Source: Candidatus Bathyarchaeota archaeon
Lineage (GTDB): Archaea > Thermoproteota > Bathyarchaeia > Bathyarchaeales > Bathycorpusculaceae
NCBI GenBank assembly: GCA_963733095.1
Contig: CAVTBV010000009.1
Span: 192,001-256,000 of the forward strand
Direction: 5' to 3'
Length of the DNA: 64,000 bases
The notes under the pieces are model-generated. The model had not been told where the DNA came from. It did not search any database and saw nothing but the letters and a program-made list of their open reading frames with translations. Of this stretch, positions 59,418 through 64,000 are shown piece by piece; the first letter of the stretch is position 1; each line of letters starts with the position of its first letter. Made by a program: the position numbers and the translations under genes.

Positions 59418-60338
59418 ATGAAATTCGGCACATACATGTTTGAAGCAAAGAAAGTTCCAGGCTTCGACTATGACCTTTTCCGAGTAAAACCAGAAGTAGG
59501 CAGACGAATGCCGCCCAAAGCTGACATGCACAGCAACATCGCGATCTTTGGAGACAATGTGACCGCCCGCCTTCACCCCGACTGGATCAGCCAATCCGAC
59601 TTAGGTCCCGCATGGAGAACCAACGACAACTTTAACGTTCGCTGGGAAGTACTCTGCGCAACACAACCCGAACACAGAGCAGAACAACTCGACTACATCG
59701 AAGACGTTGCACGCAAAAGCGAAGGCATCTGGCTAAACAGCATCCACTTTGCAGAACACGGCCACTGCACATGCCCACGATGCAAAGACCTATGGAAGAA
59801 AAGCGGCTTAAGCTGGTATGAATGGAGACGCAAAGAAATCACAGGCTACATGGCACAAGTAAGCGACCGCGTACGCAACAAAGCAAAGAAAAAATTCGTA
59901 ATCGGTGTCCTTCCAGACCCAGTTACAAACTATGAACGCTTCGGCGTAAACTTCGACGATTTAGCACCCCTAACCGATGAATTCCTCGTTGTTATGTTCA
60001 GCAAAAACTACGCTACACCATGGTATTGGGAAATGCTCACACGCAACTTCAAGAAACTCTTCAAAGACGTCAAACTAAACATTGCACTATACGTTATCGG
60101 GCCCGGCGACGATCCAAAAGAAACTCCAACCCCAAGCGAACTCTTAACAGTCTCAGTTCGTATGGCAAGAGCAGGAGTAGACGGAATCCTATACTTAACC
60201 GACAAAGCAGCACAGATGCAAGAATTCCAGAAAGCAGCAATCGCACAGAAAGACACACGCGAACGCCTAGTAAGCTACGGCGGAAAGCAAGGTCAAGAAG
60301 TTCTCGACTTAGTCACAAGTTGGGAAAAGCTCTTCTAA
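59418..60338 (+). CDS. hypothetical TIM-barrel/glycoside-hydrolase-like protein with CxCxxC
   Basis: 306 aa; HCTCPRC; HPDW...C...P pattern. Confidence 0.6.
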   Translation: MKFGTYMFEAKKVPGFDYDLFRVKPEVGRRMPPKADMHSNIAIFGDNVTARLHPDWISQSDLGPAWRTNDNFNVRWEVLCATQPEHRAEQLDYIEDVARKSEGIWLNSIHFAEHGHCTCPRCKDLWKKSGLSWYEWRRKEITGYMAQVSDRVRNKAKKKFVIGVLPDPVTNYERFGVNFDDLAPLTDEFLVVMFSKNYATPWYWEMLTRNFKKLFKDVKLNIALYVIGPGDDPKETPTPSELLTVSVRMARAGVDGILYLTDKAAQMQEFQKAAIAQKDTRERLVSYGGKQGQEVLDLVTSWEKLF

Positions 60339-60423
60339 AATAAACCAAACCGTTGCAGGCAGAAACAACCTGTGTGGTACAAACCACCAAGGCTGCCCTT
60401 TTTATTTAATTTAAAAAAAAGAT

Positions 60424-60855
60424 TTATTGTATGTATCCCAAGTTTTTGTTCTGGGTTTCGCTTATTTCCTTCATCGATTCGTAGTGGGCTTCGATTAGGA
60501 TTTTGAGGGCTTCAATATTCTTTTTAATGTCCTCTACCTCGCCGCTCTTCTGCAAAACCCCCGACTTTATTAGCTGTTCATTTATCTTACTGACCGAAAC
60601 CTCGATCACTTTAACTTTGAACGCAAAAATCTGCAGCGTATAGAGCAAGCTAAGCTGAGAATTCAAACGTTCTAAACGGTCTAACTCAAGAGTTTTTCCG
60701 ATAAATGCTTTTAATTTTTGTTCCTGAGATGCTAGCGGTGAAACCAAAAGTCCCTCATAAACAGCTGTCTGTTTTGCAGTGGCTTCTTTTGTTTCATCCA
60801 CAACTTTCTGAACCCGCTTAGCGGTTTTATCCAACATTTCTAAGACTTCATCCAT
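60424..60855 (-). CDS. hypothetical coiled-coil protein
   Basis: 143-aa helical ORF. Confidence 0.7.
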   Translation of the reverse strand: MDEVLEMLDKTAKRVQKVVDETKEATAKQTAVYEGLLVSPLASQEQKLKAFIGKTLELDRLERLNSQLSLLYTLQIFAFKVKVIEVSVSKINEQLIKSGVLQKSGEVEDIKKNIEALKILIEAHYESMKEISETQNKNLGYIQ

Positions 60856-61012
60856 TCCGATGTTACCCCAAAGTATCAGTAAATTTAACTTTCATCAAAC
60901 TGTATAACCCCATGTATATATAATTTAAACTCAGCAAATCAGTTTTTTAATAGTTAAGCTTTTAGGCAAATCTACACATAATAACTAACCAGAATCAACT
61001 AAGAGGAATAAT

Positions 61013-61081
61013 ATGCCATCTCTAGCAAAAAAGAACGCTGCAAAAAAGAAGAAACACGAAGAAAAAACCGGAAAGAAGTAG
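61013..61081 (+). CDS. 22-aa Lys-rich small protein
   Basis: MPSLAKKNAAKKKKHEEKTGKK*, preceded by AAGAGGA and followed by a T-rich tract. Confidence 0.5.
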   Translation: MPSLAKKNAAKKKKHEEKTGKK

Positions 61082-61788
61082 CTTTTCTTTTTTGAACGCT
61101 ACTTAACCGAAAAACTACTCATACCTTTTCTCTTTATTACAAACCAGAATAGCAGTCCTGTTTTTTCCCTTTCACTCCAGAACTCTTACACAACTATATT
61201 TTTCATCACACGGTTTTACAAAGATACCGAGAAATGGCGGATACAAAAGGTTTACTTGCCAGTTAAGTTGAGGTTTAATTTTCTTAACTGGCACCTGTAG
61301 TGGTCCGAGTTTATATACTATTGTATACTGTTTGATATACAATTGGCGATGTCCAAAAAACCTAAAACGGATTAACCAACTTCAGAATAATTACGTAATG
61401 GATGTCGGTAGAGTCCCAGTAAACCCAGTGGCAATTTCTTCTTTTTATTTTTGTGCAGCAAGGAGGAGTGTTAAATTGAATTATGCTGCGTGGCGAAGCG
61501 GTTTTTTCGAACTTTATTTCTGCCTGATTTGGGATTAAATTGGGGTATTCTTGGGCTTAATGTTGAAAAATCATTTAATAAGCGTTTGAACAACGTTGTT
61601 TTGAGCAACGAAGCCAAAGAGATGAACTGAGAACTATTCGGTCGATGCGACAAGCTTAAGGTTTTTTGCATTTTTCTCCTAAGCTTGTTTAGGAAGCCTC
61701 AGTCTCTCTTTCTTCATTGCGATTTTCTCTAACAGTAAGAAATTAAAGCACTACCAGCCTATCTGCCCTATTACAGGATGAACACCGC

Positions 61789-62631
61789 TTGGTAGCCTTC
61801 GTAACTAAAGCAGACGGCACAAAACAGCCATTTGACAGAGAAAAGATAGTTCAAACTTGCCAAAGAATGGGCGCAAACCGCGACGTTGCCATTCAAGTAG
61901 CCCAAGAAGTAGAAAAAAATCTCTACTCCGACATAACCACAAAGAAGATCCTTCAAATAATCTTTACCCAGATGAGCAAACACAAACCCGCTGTAAAACA
62001 CCTCTTCGACCTCAAATACGGTATAAGCCTAATGGAGCCAAAACCCGAATTCGAAGCCTTTGTCCGAGTTGTCTTAGCTCACGGTGGCTTCATAGTTAAG
62101 CCCAACATGATTCTTAAGGGAATGTGCGGGGAACATGAAGTGGATGCTATAGCTACCAAAGAAGGCTTAACTTATCTTGTGGAAGCAAAACATCACCTAA
62201 GCTACCATTCACTGACTGGACTTGATGAAACTCGCATAGCTCGAGCAATCATAGAAGACGTCACAGAAAGTTACACAAATGGCGAAACAAAAATCAAGAT
62301 TGACCGCGCAATGATAGTTACAAACACCCGTTACTCAGACCATGCAGTAATGTATGGGGGTTGCCGCGGCATTTTGCAGGTCGGATGGGCTTCTCCTAAA
62401 GGTTTCGGGTTAAAAGATCTTGTTGAGAAACACAGGTTGTATCCCTTGAGTTGCTTGCGTGGAGTTAGCACAGAAACACGACTGCGCCTTGTTGAGGAGG
62501 GAATAGTACTCATAAAACAGCTACTCGAACAAGACAGTCACTACATTGAAAGAAAAATTGGGCTGCCCCAACGAACCGTCTTGTCCATAATGGAAAAAGC
62601 CCGACACACAACAGAAACACTATGGCTTTAG
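61789..62631 (+). CDS. ATP-cone plus Mrr-like PD-(D/E)xK endonuclease domain protein
   Basis: VTKADG..QPFD..KI ATP cone; FE..V, HEVDAI, VEAK and VTN motifs. Confidence 0.8.
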   Translation: MVAFVTKADGTKQPFDREKIVQTCQRMGANRDVAIQVAQEVEKNLYSDITTKKILQIIFTQMSKHKPAVKHLFDLKYGISLMEPKPEFEAFVRVVLAHGGFIVKPNMILKGMCGEHEVDAIATKEGLTYLVEAKHHLSYHSLTGLDETRIARAIIEDVTESYTNGETKIKIDRAMIVTNTRYSDHAVMYGGCRGILQVGWASPKGFGLKDLVEKHRLYPLSCLRGVSTETRLRLVEEGIVLIKQLLEQDSHYIERKIGLPQRTVLSIMEKARHTTETLWL

Positions 62632-62654
62632 TCAAAACTAACCGAATTCGAGTC

Positions 62655-62707
62655 AGTCAAACTTTCTTGACTAACCTCCTTTTCAGCTTAGTCAAAGTTT
62701 CTTGACG
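62655..62707. promoter_or_regulatory. two palindromic operator-like sites
   Basis: AGTCAAACTTTCTTGACT (62655-62672) and AGTCAAAGTTTCTTGACG (62690-62707) upstream of 62752. Confidence 0.55.
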
Positions 62708-62751
62708 AAAAACGTCTTAAGGAGAAAGCATCAAGGCTCTATCGATGTGAA

Positions 62752-63426
62752 ATGAAAGCATTTACCGCCCTGATTTTGGTAGGCCTGATACTTTCTGTCT
62801 TAACTACATCGTCGCTGACTTATGCTAATGCTGGGTATTCTGTGGGTGTTAAAGAGGGCGATTGGATGGAATACGACGTCAACGTCAAGGACACTCCCCC
62901 GCCAATACATAATGTTACATGGATGAGACTTGAAGTCCTTCAGGTTGAAGGAGCAGCGTTCCCAGCGAACCTAACTGTAAGGTTTCAAAACGGGACATTC
63001 TACAGTTCCATCTGGCAGTTTAACTTCACAGAAGGCAACCTTGAAGGCTGGATAATAATACCCTCAAACCTCAGTCCAGGAGACACATTCTATGATAACT
63101 ATTCCAAAACGGACAAAAACATAGCAATACAAAGTCAAACCCAAAAAACGGTGTTAGCGGCAAGCCGAATAGTAACTTACGGAAGTGATTCCTACAGAAC
63201 CAAGGAATGGGACAAAACAACGGGCGTCATTGTGCATTCTTCAGAGATTCTGAAGAACTGGAGTGTTAACGTCGATATGATTGCCACTAACCTGTGGGGT
63301 CCTCAGACTCTGGGACTAAGTAAAACGGCATTCTACACTATTGTTGGGGTAGGTGTCGGAATAGCAGTGTCGATAGGGTCTTCAGCAATTTTTGTTGTAA
63401 AAAGAAAGAGGCGGAAACTTGTATGA
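62752..63426 (+). CDS. secreted surface protein with C-terminal TM anchor
   Basis: Signal peptide, VGVKEGDWMEY, WDKTTG, TM followed by KRKRRK. Confidence 0.8.
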   Translation: MKAFTALILVGLILSVLTTSSLTYANAGYSVGVKEGDWMEYDVNVKDTPPPIHNVTWMRLEVLQVEGAAFPANLTVRFQNGTFYSSIWQFNFTEGNLEGWIIIPSNLSPGDTFYDNYSKTDKNIAIQSQTQKTVLAASRIVTYGSDSYRTKEWDKTTGVIVHSSEILKNWSVNVDMIATNLWGPQTLGLSKTAFYTIVGVGVGIAVSIGSSAIFVVKRKRRKLV

Positions 63427-63836
63427 GTGTAGCAGAAATTAACCTGATCGTGCAAACCTTTTGGACAACTTTGATTTTGGTAAGTATGTGGTTTAGAAAC
63501 AAAGGCAACTATCTCATACATGGTATACTAATGGCGATAGTAGTCGTTGCAACGTTGGTTAGTTTTTCTTTTGTGCTGCTCATGACTCCTCCCAGCGGTA
63601 GTTCCATGCAAGTATATTTCGGTTCGCCTCTAAAAATGGCGGAATTCGTTTCGCATGCCATTCTTTCGATTCCAGCAATATTCTTTGGAGTTTGGCTTGT
63701 AGCACTTTGGCGTCCCAACTCAATAACATTTCCAGCAAAGAGCAAAAGGATAGCCCAAATTACCGCAACCCTGTGGGTTCTATCATATGTAGCGGGCGTT
63801 CTGGGTTTTCTAGCAGACTACGTTCTATTTAGATAA
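63423..63836 (+). CDS. four-TM membrane protein (DUF420-like)
   Basis: H...M and H..L motifs in TM helices; ATGA overlap with the upstream gene. Confidence 0.65.
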   Translation: MSVAEINLIVQTFWTTLILVSMWFRNKGNYLIHGILMAIVVVATLVSFSFVLLMTPPSGSSMQVYFGSPLKMAEFVSHAILSIPAIFFGVWLVALWRPNSITFPAKSKRIAQITATLWVLSYVAGVLGFLADYVLFR

Positions 63837-64000
63837 GCAAAGTCTGGAGAGCGATTACATCGAACTCTGTTGAGCCAATTTAAGTGACTTTGCAAATTCG
63901 ATAATGTCTATGCAGTTTTCTTTTTTGCATAGAAATTTAGTCAAACGTTAAATAACAAAACTGAGCTGACTTGGAGGAGATCTGAAATTGTAGCTTGAGT

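Noticed and set aside
61332-61671. Two overlapping short ORFs on opposite strands
   Set aside because: No motifs or convincing initiation signals

Overview
Archaeal chromosomal segment, most consistent with Bathyarchaeia (TACK group). This is inferred from a eukaryote-like type IB topoisomerase, aRF1, aIF2-alpha, Ftr, Pcc1 and large PQQ-like surface proteins. The left part (1-23.8 kb) carries a DHH/RecJ-like nuclease, a redox cluster (rubredoxin-pyruvate oxidase fusion, TrxR, MvhD/ferredoxin protein, NfnAB-like pair), the three pentose-bisphosphate genes (AMP phosphorylase, form III RuBisCO, R15P isomerase) and a protein O-mannosylation cluster. The middle (about 23.9-43.4 kb) is an accessory region built on two divergent tRNA genes. 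Left of tRNA-Thr(GGT) lies a decayed split-integrase element containing three ~132-bp AAGGCCT-terminated repeats and many gene scraps. Right of tRNA-Leu(TAG) lies a ~10.9-kb series of cargo modules, punctuated by degenerate mini-tRNA-like repeats and integrase-tail remnants, and including a membrane-anchored Mrr-like/TIR protein. The right part (43.5-64 kb) is mostly housekeeping. All product calls come from motif recognition by eye; no database search was run.
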